Shown here in pieces: positions 25,201 to 37,773 of a stretch of 64,000 nt of DNA. Under the pieces are notes generated by a model. The model saw only the letters and a program-made list of their open reading frames with translations, did not search any database and was not told the origin of the DNA. The DNA comes from Lama guanicoe (taxonomy: Eukaryota), in the NCBI GenBank assembly GCA_013239625.1, contig MU057069.1, forward strand, positions 1,298,018 to 1,362,017, in the 5' to 3' direction. The first letter of the stretch is position 1, and each line of letters opens with the position of its first letter. Made by a program: the position numbers and the translations under genes.

Positions 25201-28200
25201 GGCGGAACAACTGGTCAGTTATGGCAGCTGCCAGTTCCCCACCCTGGGCTTCGTGGTGGAGAGGTTCAAAGCCATCCAGGCGTTCGTGCCAGAAACCTTC
25301 CACAAGATTAGAGGTGAGACTGGTCGTGGTGCAGAACCCGAGGACCTGGGGTGGCGAGGCTCAAGGGGTGTCCTGGGCACTCGTTCAAAGTGCGGTCTGA
25401 GCCTCACTGCCCTCCCCCCCATCACCATGTTCAGAATCCCCTTCAAGTGTCCACAGTGGCCTCCCCAGTTTCACGGTTCTTGGCTTTGACCATGACAGAC
25501 CTTTTCCTCTGAGCCACGGCCTTCCTATGTCTCCCATACAGTGACTCACGACCATGAGGACGGGACGGTGGAGTTCAGCTGGAAGAGGCACCGTCTCTTT
25601 AACCACACGGCGTGTCTCGTCCTCTATCAGCTGTGCATGGAGGTGAGGCCTCCCGTGGCTCCCCGGCCACACCTGCCGTCTGTTGGCAGCTGTGGTCCTG
25701 TCCCCTCTCCCGCTGAACGGTAGCCTTCAGTGTGTGTCTCAGGACATCACTTTGGGGGTGCCAGTGAGTCTAGAACTGCACGAAAACAGCACTGAAGACA
25801 GGCCAGGAAAGACCTGCAGAGCTTGCAGGTAGTGCCAGAAATGCCGAGAAGCCCCTCCCCGAGGCAGTACACTCTTAGCAGCGGGGAGTACGGACCAGCC
25901 TGGACCGTGGACTCCCAGAGCCGGAGGGAGCGCGGACGGCCTCTGGCCCAGTCCCCGCCCCGGGTCAGACGATGAAACCCATACACGGGAAGGGCGCAGC
26001 TGAGGGACCAGGTTCACGCGGTGATAAGCACTGAAAGGGAAGTGGGGGAAAGGGCCAGGGAACGGCTGGGGGCAGGGATCTGCTCTCGGGGTGACCTCTG
26101 AGTGAAGGCCGGGGGGGACCAAGACCCGCTCAGGCTGCAGGCTGGTGTCTGAGTCACCCTCGGACTGTCCGCTTTGTGAAGTGGCCACCACTGCACCTAG
26201 TGACCTGCTGTAACCCCAGGGCTGCACACGGTGGGACCGGGACTAAACTCGGAGACCTCTAGGCGTGCTGAGTCGGCTGTAGCCCCCGCAATTCACGATG
26301 GGTTTGGCAGCAGGGAGTAACCACCACGGACACTGCTGCACTCCGGGCACGCAGTGTGTCATGTTATTCGTCTGGTGCGGACTGTGCCCCTGGGGTGGGG
26401 CCACCGCCGTGACCGCGCGGACTCTGCTCCCCGCGCGTCTGCTCCCCCGTTCCTGAGGCCACCAGCCTCTCAGGACCACCTGTCTCTGCTCTGCCCTTTG
26501 ACCCTGGAGGGTACACAGCCGGCATGTCTGGGACTCGGCGTGTTTATCTGTTCAATGAAGATGAGGATGTGGTGCAGGGAAGTGTGGCAGGTGGGCTCCT
26601 TCCCGCTCTTTGCTGGGAACACCCGGCCCCCAGTCTGTCTGCAGAGAAAGTTGGGTTCTGATGTATAAACACCCTCATAAGCAGATCTCTTAAGCTGAGT
26701 CCCTTGTCCGTCTGTGTTCCTTTGAAGTGAGGTTGGTCTCAATACGAGCGGCGTTCTCCAGCCTGTATCGTGTCATTTCTCCTGTTTCTAACTCTATCGT
26801 CATCAGTTTTAAAAAGAACGGTAATACGCACGCGCATAGATAGGAAACGGCCTCGGAGAAGGGCCCTCGGGCCTGGGACCACGCCCTCAAAGTCTTGCTT
26901 TGAGCGGGAAGCTGGTGCCGGCCGCTGGCGCAGGGCATGGTGCCCGGGGTCCTGCACTGGGGGCAGGGAGCTCGTGGGCAGGACTGGGGGCAGCCGCAGA
27001 AGGCCAGTGAAGGTGCCCCAGTGGGGTAAAGTGGCTTCTGCTCTTCTTGGCTTTCTAGGACCCCAGGGCGACCGTGGTGGAGGTCAGGTCCAAGGCAAAG
27101 AGCAAGTGGAGGCCTCAAGCTCTGGACACTGTGGTATGTCTGGGGGCTGGGGGGGTGCTGGGCCAGAGCCCCAGGAGCTCCACTGCAGACGGTGCCCAGT
27201 GGTGGGCCACCTCGCTCTTACTGGTGCTGCGTGGACGCCCTGAGGGAAAACAAGCCCCCAGAGCGCGGCCGGCTTGGCCCGTTGACAAGGTAGCAAATGC
27301 AGCATGACTGCTTTACGCGGGGCTTAGGAAACAGAGGAAGAGGTCGTCTGTCACCTTGCCCTCCCTCCGTAACTGCTGAGGTAACTCTGGTGTCTTCCTC
27401 CATTTTATTCCGTGCCATTTTTTACGGCATTATAATTGGAATAGCTAGTTTTTTTCCACCTCATTTTTTTTTTAATGCTTCTGCATCATCCACATAACCT
27501 TCATTTTAAACATCCACTTCATGAGCCTACCCTAGAATAGGGCTTCTCAAGTTTTTGGCCCCAGGAAGAGACACCCATTGGGACTCAGGGTGCCCCTTTC
27601 CAGTCACCGCTGTGCAGGAAAATCTGGGTGCAGTTACTGTGGGGTGGCTCTGGAGGATGGATGCGCAGAATGTTCAGGGCCATCCTCTCAGGGTATGTGG
27701 GGGGGGCGTGGTGAGGGGTAATGGGGGACAGTTATGGGTTGGTTGCACACAGTGGGCTGTTTTATCCCTCACTGGTTAACATGCTTTGACATGTAGCCAG
27801 CAGCATTGTCGGGGTGTCACCAAGGGGAAGGGACAGCTGGTTGTCCCCAAGGGTAAGGGGGTTCATCACCCAGGGGAACATCCCGGGGTTCGTCACCCAG
27901 GGGAACATCCCAGGGTTCGGGTGGCGTTCCCAAAGTGCGGCTCTCAGATTGCCGGTATTACAGTCACCATATTAGACACTTGTGGAAAGTGCGTATTTCT
28001 GGCCCGTCTCCCAGCCCTCCTCTGTCAGCATCCCCGGTGCTCGGGGCCCAGGGACCTGCTTGCTTCCTGGTGAATCTTGCTTCTGCACCTCACAGTCTGA
28101 GGACCCAGGGCCCGGGTCTGGCTCTGCCTAGCAGGCCGGGAACTCTCTCTTCGGCACAGCCTTTGAGACACGTGTGAGGACAGCTGGGGCACGGGGCCAG

Positions 28201-31200
28201 ACGGCTCTGAGGAGGAGGAAATGACGTGTCATGCCCTCTGACTCACGCCCTGTGACCTCACACACTTGTCCACACATTTAACAGGAGCTTGAGAAGCTGG
28301 CTTCTCGGAAGTTGAGGATAAATGCTAAGGAAACCATGAGGATTGCTGAAAGGCTCTACACTCAGGGGTAAGTATTAGTGTGTGTTTGGGCGTGGAGTTC
28401 AATGCATCGGTATCTGGGTGAGATATTTTAGAAACAGAGCCCGTGGGAACACAGACTGTCTAGAAATGACTTGAGCCCAGAGTAGGAGAATTCTGGCACT
28501 GGCTTCTCTCTTCTGATGCAGGATCACTTACCTCCTCCCGTGAGAGCCCACGGGGTACATTCATGTCCTGCTCTCGACCTCTCAGCAGACAGGGTGCTGC
28601 CAGGGTGGGCCACTCCTTCAGGAGTTGTTTGCCTGCCATGAACCATCCAGCTAGGGTCAGGAGCACCCAGCGCCATCCGGGGACAGCATGGTCCACACTG
28701 CCCAGTGTGGCCACTGTTGAGCACGTGGTTTGGGTTGTCCGAACTGAGAGGTGCTGCAGGTGTCAACGTGTAGTGGGTTTCGAAGTTGCAGATGAGAGAG
28801 GATGTAAGTGGTCCCAGGAGTGTTTAAGTGGCTAATAGAACATTGAAGATTACACTCAGGGCCCACGTTGTAGTTCTTGGGCAGTGTCATGGAGCACACG
28901 CTGCTGCGGCGGTCAGGGCCGCAGGCGCGTCCTGGGGTGGTTCTGTCACTGAAGTGGGGAGCCCGGGAGGGCCCCAGGGCCAGGGCTGCAGGAGCGCCGG
29001 GCAGCCCCGCACCCGCTGGGAGTCACACCTTGGGTCTCTCCCCGGCAAGGTGAAGTCCTTACCTCCAGGCTGGCTCAGACTGGCTGCAGCTGGTGTCACC
29101 AGTGTTTTCAAGCTAATTCTGACATTTACAGGTAGATTTAGCGATTTCTCGTTCTGTTTGTTTGGCTTTGTTTTAGGTACATCAGCTATCCCCGAACTGA
29201 AACAAACATTTTCCCCAAAGACTTAAACTTGACTGTGCTGGTGGAGCAGCAGACCCCGGATCCGCGCTGGGGGGCCTTTGCCCGGAACATTCTAGAGCGG
29301 GGTGGCCCCACCCCACGCAATGGGAACAAGTCTGACCAAGCTCACCCTCCCATCCACCCCACCAAGTACACGGACAGCTTGCAGGTTGGTTTCCGCAGTG
29401 GGCTCTGTTCCGTGCAGCCCTCACTCCTCCAGCCCCGCCCTGAGCTGCTTCCCTGACCCTCTGCACACAGCAGGCAGCCTGTTCCCTGAGCGCCTACAAA
29501 GCCCCCCGCACCTGGCTCGGTTTCAGTTTCTGTCGCCTTCCTGAAACCTCAGGGCCACCTCTGGGCCCGCTCCGGCCCCATGGGCCTCCCCACGGCCTGC
29601 TCCCCAGCCCATCATCCGCGCCTGCCATCCGCTCCTCTGGGCTCCCGCTCTGGGGCCCCGGCTGCAGACTTACCATCTTGTTGCTCCTGATTCCAGAAGT
29701 GATACATGTTTATTTCAGGCCGTCTACAAAATAAAAAGATCATAGGGAAGGGAAAGTGGGCTGTAATCTCACTGCCTCCTACCGAGAACCCCATTTTTCT
29801 CTGTGTGTATTTAATTTTCTTACAATTAAATTGTAATCTTAAGCAGCTTTGTAAACTGCTTGTTTCATCTTGTATCACGAGTATAACCGCATATGCTGAA
29901 GTGTTTTAGTGATACTTGATGATTGCATAGATCCGTTGAAGTTATCTTGCCGAATCTGTTTTTGAAAGATTAAGTCGTTTCCGACTGTTTGCCACGTGGT
30001 ACACCGTAGTCAGCGCCTGACTGGCTAGCTGCGGGGCCCCCTCCCCCCAGCGCAGATGTGCTCGGGAGGCTGCTGGCCGCGAGAGTGCGCTCTGTGGGCC
30101 CTGTAGCTGGAGCCTCACTCAGTCCGCGATCACGGGGTTGGCGGCAAGTCCCTACGAGCCCTGTGCTCCCAGAGTTGGTCTGAGGCCGCCGCACCTTCAC
30201 CCTGTGTGTCTCCAGACAAGGGGTCTGTCAGTAACTCTTACGCTTTTGCCTTGCTTTCTGCCTAGACAGGGTTTATACCCTGGAACTCCCTTGCCTGCTT
30301 CTGCCCGACGAGGGTGGTGAGGCTCACGGACACAGACCCACAGCTCGCAGGGGATCTGCCCGCCCTGGGCGTTGGCAGGCCGGGAGCTGTGTGCGCGATG
30401 ACGCGGGGCCCCGGGCTTGGGCAAGGCTGTGTGCGGGGGCTCAGCTCCCTCTCCTCGCAGGGCAACGAGTGGCGGCTGTATGAGCTCATCGTCCGCCACT
30501 TCCTGGCCTGCTGCTCCCGGGACGCCCAGGGCCAGGAGACCACCGTGGACATCGACATCGCGCGTGAGCGCTTCGTGGCCCACGGCCTGGTGATTCTGGC
30601 CCGGAACTACCTGGACGTGTACCCCTACGACCACTGGAGCGACAAGGTGGGAAGGCACAGGTCCGGGCAGGGGCCTGGGCCTCGGGGTGGGGGGTGGCGG
30701 GGAGACAGGTGTGTTGCCAGTCCGGGGGTTGGAGCGGAGCTGGGGTCTGGGCCGAGTGCCGAGCGGGGGTCTGACCGATGCGTCTGCTGCCCCTGTAGAC
30801 CCTCCCCGTCTACGAGCAAGGCTCTCGCTTTCAGCCCAGCACCGTGGAGCTGGTGGATGGGGAGACCAGCCCACCGCAGCTGCTCACTGAGGCCGACCTC
30901 ATTGCCCTCATGGAGAAGCACGGCATCGGTCAGTGGTCGCTGGGGGTTGGGGGGCCGCATCTCTCCGTCTTCCCTGCAGCTCTCCTGTGGGGCCGTGCTC
31001 TTCTCCCCGCTGGCATGAAGTGAGGCTTAGGGAAGGGAAGAACTCGTGATTAAGGTCACAGAGTGCGTGAGTGAGGAGAACCTGGGCCCAGGTAACTCGC
31101 AGACGATGCCCTTAACCACGGCTCTGCACCATCCACGCGCGGACGTAGCTGTTTCTGTCACTCAGGGGTCTCAATGGGGGGCCGTCCTGCTCTGGTCCTG

Positions 31201-34200
31201 TCCAGAGACTCAGTATTTTTGGTCTACATAAGAGTTTGTTGTTTTTATTTTATTTTTAACAAGGTACTAACGTTTAAAGTATCAGGAGGTCTGGCAGTCC
31301 TCGCCCTCACCCAGGGGACGATGGGTGGGCTTGGAGTGGTGGCCGTTCTCTGTCCCTCATACTTGGCTTCGCTCACTGGCCCGACACACGCCAGGCCCCA
31401 TGGAGTCCGAGTCTGCCACCCTTCCAGGGCCGAGGGCGGTCATGTGCTCAGTTTTTGTTCAAGCATCTCCCATAATTGTTCAAGAGTCAGAAAAAAAAAT
31501 TTTTTTAAAGGGTGGGTGGGTGCAGAATTATTTTCCCCAGTAAGTCCCATGGCCCAGGCTTTACAGATGGGCCCCCTATGGCTGATCTGCTGTCCCCTCA
31601 GTGTTCACCAGAGCTCTTGGGACCGTCTCTGGCAGCAAGTCCAGGGGGTCTGGCCCGGGGGGCGGGGCGGGTCCGGAGGCACCCCGTTCGCTCCGCACAC
31701 AGCACTGCGCTGCACGGTGAGTGCTGTGTCCTGTGACCCAGGAGGACGTGCCCCTCCCTGGGGCCTGCCACCATCACTGTGCCTTCCAGACAGCCTGTGA
31801 TTTAGGCAGACTTACAGGTAGTTCACTCAGCGTAACTTGTTTATAAAAAATAACAAATTGTGTTCTGGGGACACAAGAGTAATGGAGCCTAGTCTTCCCT
31901 TCAAGGGCTCGTCAAGTGGTAGAAGCGAGTCAAACCCTGTGTTAGATGCGGCTGGTGGGGGCGGTTCACTCCTGGTGAACGAAGGCAGAGCCAGCGGAGG
32001 CGGGGCCGGGGGATGGGGTGCACGTGCTGTTGGCGGGGAGCGGGGTCTGGAAGGCGAGACCAGGAACAGGATTTGAGCCCAGCTCGGCGGGGCCTGGTGC
32101 ATTTGGCTGAGGGCCTTGGGTGTGGTCCCGCGGTCAGCAGAGAGCAGGCTGAGATTTCCAAGAAAGCAGCACAGAGCTGCGTTTTAAGAGAATGGTAACA
32201 GCTTCGCTGAGACTGAATTTGCGTGCCATGTGGTTCACTGAGGCTCCATGCACACAGTTCAGTGTTCAGTAGACTCTCCTCGGTCAACACTGGGACACTT
32301 TCACACCCATTAGCGGTCATGGCCCTCGCCCACGCCCCTCCTCTGCAGCCCCCAGCCCTGGGCAGTCGCTCATCTTTTTGGCTCAGTAGATGGCCTGTCT
32401 TGGACATTCCTTACAAACGGACGTTCATGGCCTTCGTGCCTGGAGTCTCATGCTGCACGTCCCCAGGCGCGTCAAGGCTGTAGCGTCTCAGTGCTTCCTT
32501 CCTGTTCCTTCCCAAATCCTCTTCCATCGTGTGGGGACCTCGTTTCCTTTACCTGTTCATCCTCTCGCGGGCGTCTGGGTCGTTTCTACCTGTTGGCTGC
32601 TGTGAACACGTCCGGACAGGTTTTTGGTGGATGGGCCTCAGTTCTGCTGGGCCCACGCGTAGGAGCAGGCTCGCTGGGCCCTTTGGTGACTGACGTTTTG
32701 AGGCACCGCAGACTGTCTTCTACGGCAGCCATACCATCTTGGAATCTGCCAGCACTGTGTGCGGGCTGAGGTTTCTCCACGCCCGCCCCGGGGTTTGTTT
32801 TCTTCTGCTTGGTTACACTCATCCACGTGAGCGTGAACGGCTGTTTCTCTGTGGTTGTGATTTGCATTTCCTTGACAGCAGAGCTGCATCTTAGAAGCTC
32901 CCCTCGGTCAGAGCATAAAAAGCGGGGTGGGCAGGGGAGGAAACGGGCGCTGTGATGAAGCGGATGAGAGGCGGGGGGCTCTGACCCGTGGGTGGGACAC
33001 AGGGAATTTCAGAGCCGGAATTGGCAGCTTGAGGGAGTAAGTGGGTGCTGAGGAGAGGCAAGGTGGCCCTTGTGGTTTTGTCATGGGCCAGATGTGAGTG
33101 GAGGTGCCACCTGGAATGGGGATCCAGGTGGAGATGGGGCCCTGGGGAGTGCAGATCAGCTGAGTAACCAGGAGGGGCCCGCAGGCACGGACGCCACGCA
33201 TGCGGAGCACATCGAGACCATCAAGGCCCGGATGTACGTTGGGCTCACGGCGGACAAACGCTTCCTCCCCGGGCACCTGGGCATGGGGCTCGTGGAAGGT
33301 GAGAAGGCGGGGCCTGCGGGGGTGGGGGGGTCACTGAGGCTTCCAGGCGTGTCCGGGCCACACTGGATGCTGCGCTCTGCCCACAGGTTATGACTCCATG
33401 GGCTACGAGATGTCCAAGCCTGACCTGCGGGCCGAGCTGGAGGCTGACCTGAAGCTCATCTGTGAGGGGAAGAAGGACAAGTGTGCTGTCCTGCAGCAGC
33501 AGGTCCAGAAGTACAAGCAGGTGTTCATCGAGGCGGTGGCCAAAGCTGAGAAGTGAGTGCCGGGCCTGCTCTCCCACAATCCTGTCTGCTCCCCACGCCC
33601 CCTCCAGGCCTCCCTTCCCCAGAGCCTGGCAGTGCAGGAGCAGGAACCAGGAAGGCCCGGTCCACTCCTCTGGGGCTGCTGGCCCTCGGGTTGCCAACCT
33701 CTCGATTTCAGTTCTGCCTTCAGTTAGGAGGCTGCACAGTCTCGTGCGTCAGTAACCGTGCTGGCGTGCGACCACTGCCCTCTGCAATGTTTAGAGATGG
33801 CTGGGACAGACAGTGTGTGTTTTCCTTTAGAGAAAACGCATTTCCCAGCTGGTGCCAATTTTGAAAAGAAATGCGTGAGCTGTTGAAACTTGGATCCAGA
33901 TAGACCAGTGTGTGTGAACCCTGTGCGGTTGTGCATCTGAGGCGGGGTCCCCCCAAGAGCTGCGGGGGCCAGCCCAGCTTCCCGCCTGCCCCATTCTCCG
34001 TGTCAGGCCTGCGGCTGAGCAGCCCGTGGGTGCCTCGGGTCACGGTCGTGTGCTGTGCACGTAAGGATGCCATCTTGTGCCATTTCCTCAGGTTGGATGA
34101 GGCCTTGTCCCAGTACTTCGGGGAAGCGGCAGCGGCGGCCCAGCAAGAAGCCCTGTACCCGGCTGTGCCAGAGCCCGTCAGGAAGTGCCCGCAGTGCGGC

Positions 34201-37200
34201 AAGGACATGGTCCTCAAGACCCGGAGGGGCGGCGGGTCAGTGTCCGGCTGTGCCCCTCTGCCTGCCAGCCTGGCTGGATGCCCTCTGCAGGGCGTGCTGC
34301 TGTTCGTAAGGGCAGGGCTGCTTTTCCAGCCCTGGTAAAGGTGTTAGGAATGGGACAGTGGCCACGGAGGTGTGAGGCTGGGAACTCAGAGGAGGGGCTG
34401 GTGGGGCAGGGCGTGTGTCCCCTGCGGGTAGACATTGCGCAGCTGGTGTGTGGAGAGCAACGGACCCCACTGGTGCCCCGCACGGGCCTTGGGCCCCAAG
34501 GCGGGTTACTACCCACTCTGAGCCCCGGTGTCCTCCTCCAGCATCTCCCTCGGGCTGTGAGGCAGGTGGGGACAGAGGTTTCCTGTGGTTCATGCAGCCT
34601 TGGCAGGTATCCAGGCCACTGCATACCGGGGCTGGCTCAGAGAGCAGGGCTGCTGGTGGCGCCCTCCATGGGTCCTGAGGGTGGGAGCGCTCAGCCCCCG
34701 GCACTGCACTGCCACGGTGGTTTGTGAGTAAGGGGGCCACTCACTGTCGGAGACCGTGTCCCGCACAACCACCAGTGTCTCCTTTCGTCACTGAAGACCT
34801 TTCTTCGCCAGACGCAAGGTGCCTCCCGACAGTTCCCGGGGGCTGGCGGCTCCGGCCTGACCCCAGCCGTCCTCCCCAGGTTCTACCTCAGCTGCACGGG
34901 CTTCCCGGAGTGCCGGTCGGCTGTGTGGTTCCCCGACACCGTGCTGGAGGCCAGCAGGGATGGGAGTACGTGTCCTGTGTGTCAGCCGCAGCCCGTTTAC
35001 AGGTGAGCCAGTGCAGGACGGAGCACAGCTGGGCATCTCCCACGGCCCTAATTCTTTGGCACCTCGGGGGTCGCTCGGCACCTAACTCTGTTCTCATCCG
35101 GTCGCTGCCGTTGTGTGTGTGGAAGCCAGCCCTGGAGGTCCTAGGGGAGCCCACCCTTCCCCTGCCCTCGCCCACCGGTTGTGCCGAGGCTGGGGACGGC
35201 CGTGTCCAGGAAGCCCAGAGCCCTCGTGGACGCCTCAGTACAGAACTGGTGCTGTCGGAAGTCACGGGGGACCCCAAAGGGCTCTTCTCGTGGGCTGTGT
35301 TTATTGGGCTTCGCCACGTCCTGGAGGGGAGGGGGGAGCTCAGTGGTAGAGCACATGCTAATGTGTATGAGGCCCCCGGTTCAGGCCCCAGCACCACTGG
35401 TAGAAACAAAACAAACACCACGAAGGTTTATGTTCTAAATGAAACCAGAGGTATCTTTCAAAACACGCATTAATGTGTTTATAACATGCAGTGTATGTTA
35501 ACGTCAATAAGCATGTTTTTAGGATAAAATGTACCTATTTTCCAAGGCAAAAAAATAAGAATGCATTGTTTTCCGTTTTTGCCAGTTTAACCTCTGGCTC
35601 CCTAGGAGAAGCGGGGCTCTCACCTGCGCACCTGTAGTCAGCCTGTTGGGTTTACTGCCTGTGCTGGGGCCTCTGGAGGGTCTAGCGCCCATGCATGGGG
35701 CAGCGAGAGCAGAGACGCGCTTCTCAGCCAGTCACCAAGCAGCGTAGCCTTGTGCAGGGCCCAGCGGCCCCCAGAGGCCCTGGGCCACACTGACCTGCGG
35801 GCACAGGAAGAGCCTGTCAGAGGCTCTGCTATTTTGGCCATTAATTGGGGTCTTGGAGTTTACCTCCTCCCACTCTGCACCCTTGTGACGACCGAGGGGC
35901 TGGGGTTGGTGTGCTTGGGTGGGTTTCCTGGGCAGGGGGCTGGCCTGGGAGGCTTGGGGTGGGCCCAGCCCTCCGAGGGCCAAGGAGAAGACTGTCGCAC
36001 CCCGGTGGGTAATTTTTTTTTATCATTTTCTGGCCTCGCTAGGTTGAAGTTAAAGTTTAAACGTGGCAGCCTTCCCCCGACCATGCCTCTAGAGTTTGTC
36101 GGCTGCGTCGGCGGCTGTGATGAGACCTTGAGGGAGGTCCTGGACCTCAGGTTTTCACGGGGGCCCCCCAGAGCCTCCCAGCCAGCCCGCCAGCCCCCCG
36201 GCTACCTGCAGGCAAGCCAAGCCCTAGACAGAACGGACGGCAACCAGCCCAGCCACCCCCAGCCTCCCGGCACCAGGCCAGCCAGGCCCTCAAGGCCTCT
36301 GGCCGGGGCCCTGCCTTCGCCCGCTGCTGGTGGTGACAGCAACTCGGTGACCTGCAACTGCGGCCAGGAGGCGCTGCTGCTCACTGTGCGGAAGGAGGGG
36401 CCCAACCAGGGCCGGCAGTTCTACAAGTGTGGCAGCGGGGGCTGCAGCTTCTTCCTGTGGGCCGACAGCGGCCGGCCAGATGCAGGCGGGCCTCCGTCCT
36501 TGGCGCCCAGGCCCTGGGGCGGCCCAGGGAACCCCCCGGGGACTCTTGGCGACAGTGGTGGCGGCACGTCCTGCCTGTGCTGCCAGCCGGCCGTCACCCG
36601 CACGGTGCAAAAGGATGGGCCCAACAGGGGGCGCCAATTCCACACGTGCGCCAAGCCCCGGGAGCAGCAGTGCGGCTTCTTCCAGTGGGTGGACGAGAAC
36701 GTGGCCCCAGGTGAGGCTGCCGGTGCGCTCCGCTGCCCAGGCCTGAGGGGGCGGGCTGGGGGCGCAGGGTCCCTTGCTCCTCCCCCTCGGTCACTGCCCA
36801 CAAGGTCTCGGGCACTTGCTGTGTGCCCGGCACTGAGCCGTCGCCCTGTTCACGCGTCCTCTTCTGTCGGGTAAGCGTCGTGACTACGGCTGTGCAGACC
36901 AGGAAGGTGCACCCTGACTGATGGGGTGACTTGCCTGGGGTCACACAGCCCAAGCCTTGAACGTGGGCTGCCTGATGCCACGGCCTGTGCAGCCTTTGTG
37001 AACCTGTAGGGTCTATACTGTGAGCCTCGTTTCTTACGGTGAAGGCCCTGGCCCTGATGTCGAGAACCTGCCCCAGGTTACAGAACTTGGGTCTGGGGCC
37101 CCAGAAGTGGGGAGAGCAGCCACTTGGACACCAGGTCAGCATAGATGATACACCTGGAGGCACCTGCTCCCCCGGGACACAGCGGATGCCTCACCACACA

Positions 37201-37773
37201 TCTAAGGGTGACCGAGAGGCCCGGTGGGATCTTTGTGGTGAGACAAGGCTGGTTCCCAGGCTGCATGTGTGACCTTGAACGGATGGCTTTTCGGCCTGTT
37301 TCTGCAATAGGATGGGCGCCCCCTGCCTCTCTCGGAGTCCCTGTTCACTTAGTGTCAGACTGTGATTCTGGTGCACGTGTCGCCACGGTCGTTTGTCAGC
37401 CCCGCAATGCCTGGAGGCATCGGGGTTCCTGCAGGGAAGGCAGAAGCAGTGCCGCCTCCGCACGCCCTCAGGCGGCTGCTGGCGGGGCCCCCCTCCCTGG
37501 GGCAGTGCGCCGTGAGGCTGTCAGGGCTCAGGGTCTGTCTGGACGGCCGCGAGGGGCCCTGCTACACTCATCCTTGCCCCCGCTCTCCCCACAGGGACTT
37601 TGGGAGGCCCAACCTGGTCAGGAGGTGGAGGAAGAACCCAGGGGCCGGAGGCCAGAAGCAAGAGAGCCCGGGCCGGTTCCTCAGACGCGGGGTCCGTGGC
37701 CAAGAAGCCCCGGAAGTGCAGCCTTTGTCACCAGCCTGGGCACACCCGCCCCTTCTGTCCCCAGAACAGATGA
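15474..37773 (+). CDS. TOP3A: DNA topoisomerase III alpha, 996 aa, 19 exons (Met1 mitochondrial isoform; Met26 at 15549 nuclear isoform)
   Basis: Exons 15474-15653, 20818-20877, 21740-21813, 22591-22666, 23362-23470, 24904-25047, 25143-25313, 25542-25642, 27059-27133, 28285-28367, 29177-29384, 30461-30646, 30799-30928, 33185-33298, 33387-33552, 34092-34235, 34880-35002, 36043-36710, 37595-37773 total 2991 nt in frame. TOPRIM motifs [11 protein letters not shown] and DCDREGE; catalytic GYISYPRTE (Tyr 29187-29189); C4 zinc finger, two GRF zinc fingers, terminal CCHC knuckle. Confidence 0.98.
16490..18350 (-). mobile_element. Degenerate LINE-1 (L1M-type) ORF2/3' fragment in TOP3A intron 1
   Basis: Minus-strand translations resemble L1 ORF2p: [10 protein letters not shown]...[13 protein letters not shown] (RT region) and KVGGLT...TAWHW...LIFDK...[10 protein letters not shown]; frames are interrupted by shifts and stops. 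Confidence 0.9.
21330..21650 (-). mobile_element. Old L1 3'-end fragment (L1MC-like)
   Basis: Resembles the L1M 3'UTR tract TTTTAGAGCAATGTTAGGTTCAGAACAAAATTGAGAGGAAGGTACAGA; recalled, not aligned. Confidence 0.6.
21925..22240. mobile_element. MaLR solo LTR (MLT1-like)
   Basis: GGCTGCTGTGACAAAACATCAC...AAACCACAGAAATTTGTTTCTC...CAGGGTGCCAGC and terminal GTGAATTTGGGGG...ACCATAGCA, typical of MLT1 LTRs. Confidence 0.7.
23447..23783 (+). repeat. 38-39 bp minisatellite, about 8 copies, spanning the TOP3A exon 5/intron 5 junction
   Basis: Unit approximately AGATTACCCACGTGTGCGGGGCCG|GTGAGCGTCTGTGCC; copies start at 23447, 23486, 23524, 23562, 23601, 23640, 23678, 23731. Confidence 0.95.
24315..24585 (-). 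mobile_element. L1 3' end with T/C-rich (antisense poly-A-derived) tail
   Basis: TTGATGTATAGTCGATGTACAGGGTTGTGTTAGTCTCTGGCGTACAGCA...GATTCAGT resembles the laurasiatherian L1 3' terminus, preceded by a CTTT/CTTC tract. Confidence 0.7.
27858..27919 (+). repeat. 27-bp tandem duplication (about 2.3 copies)
   Basis: GGGGTTCATCACCCAGGGGAACATCCC / GGGGTTCGTCACCCAGGGGAACATCCC / AGGGTTCG. Confidence 0.9.
27920..28085. mobile_element. MER5-like hAT DNA transposon relic
   Basis: GTTCCCAAAGTGCGG...ACTTGTGGAAAGTGCGTATTTCTGGCCC...GGGGCCCAGGGACCTGC resembles MER5A from memory. Confidence 0.55.
28680..28870. mobile_element. MER3/MER33-like DNA transposon relic
   Basis: GTGGCCACTGTTGAGCACGTGG...CCGAACTGAGAGGTGCTG resembles this family; highly diverged. 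Confidence 0.4.
32200..32880 (-). mobile_element. Old L1 (L1MB-like) 3' fragment in TOP3A intron 13
   Basis: CCTGTCTTGGACATTCCTTACAAACGG and GTGGTTGTGATTTGCATTTCCTTGA, characteristic antisense L1M phrases. Confidence 0.7.
35326..35415 (+). mobile_element. tRNA-derived SINE (Vic-1-like, camelid)
   Basis: GGGGAGGGGGGAGCTCAGTGGTAGAGCACATGCT...GGTTCAGGCCCCAGCACC has A-box and degenerate B-box, followed by an A-rich tail AAACAAAACAAAC; stems are too degenerate for a functional tRNA. Confidence 0.8.
35440..35650. mobile_element. Charlie1-like hAT transposon fragment
   Basis: AT-rich CTATTTTCCAAGGCAAAAAAA...GCATTGTTTTCCGTTTTTGC...CTCTGGCT resembles a Charlie1 internal segment from memory. Confidence 0.5.

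Noticed and set aside
35326-35400. Possible tRNA gene
   Set aside because: Degenerate B-box and stems plus an A-rich tail indicate a SINE.
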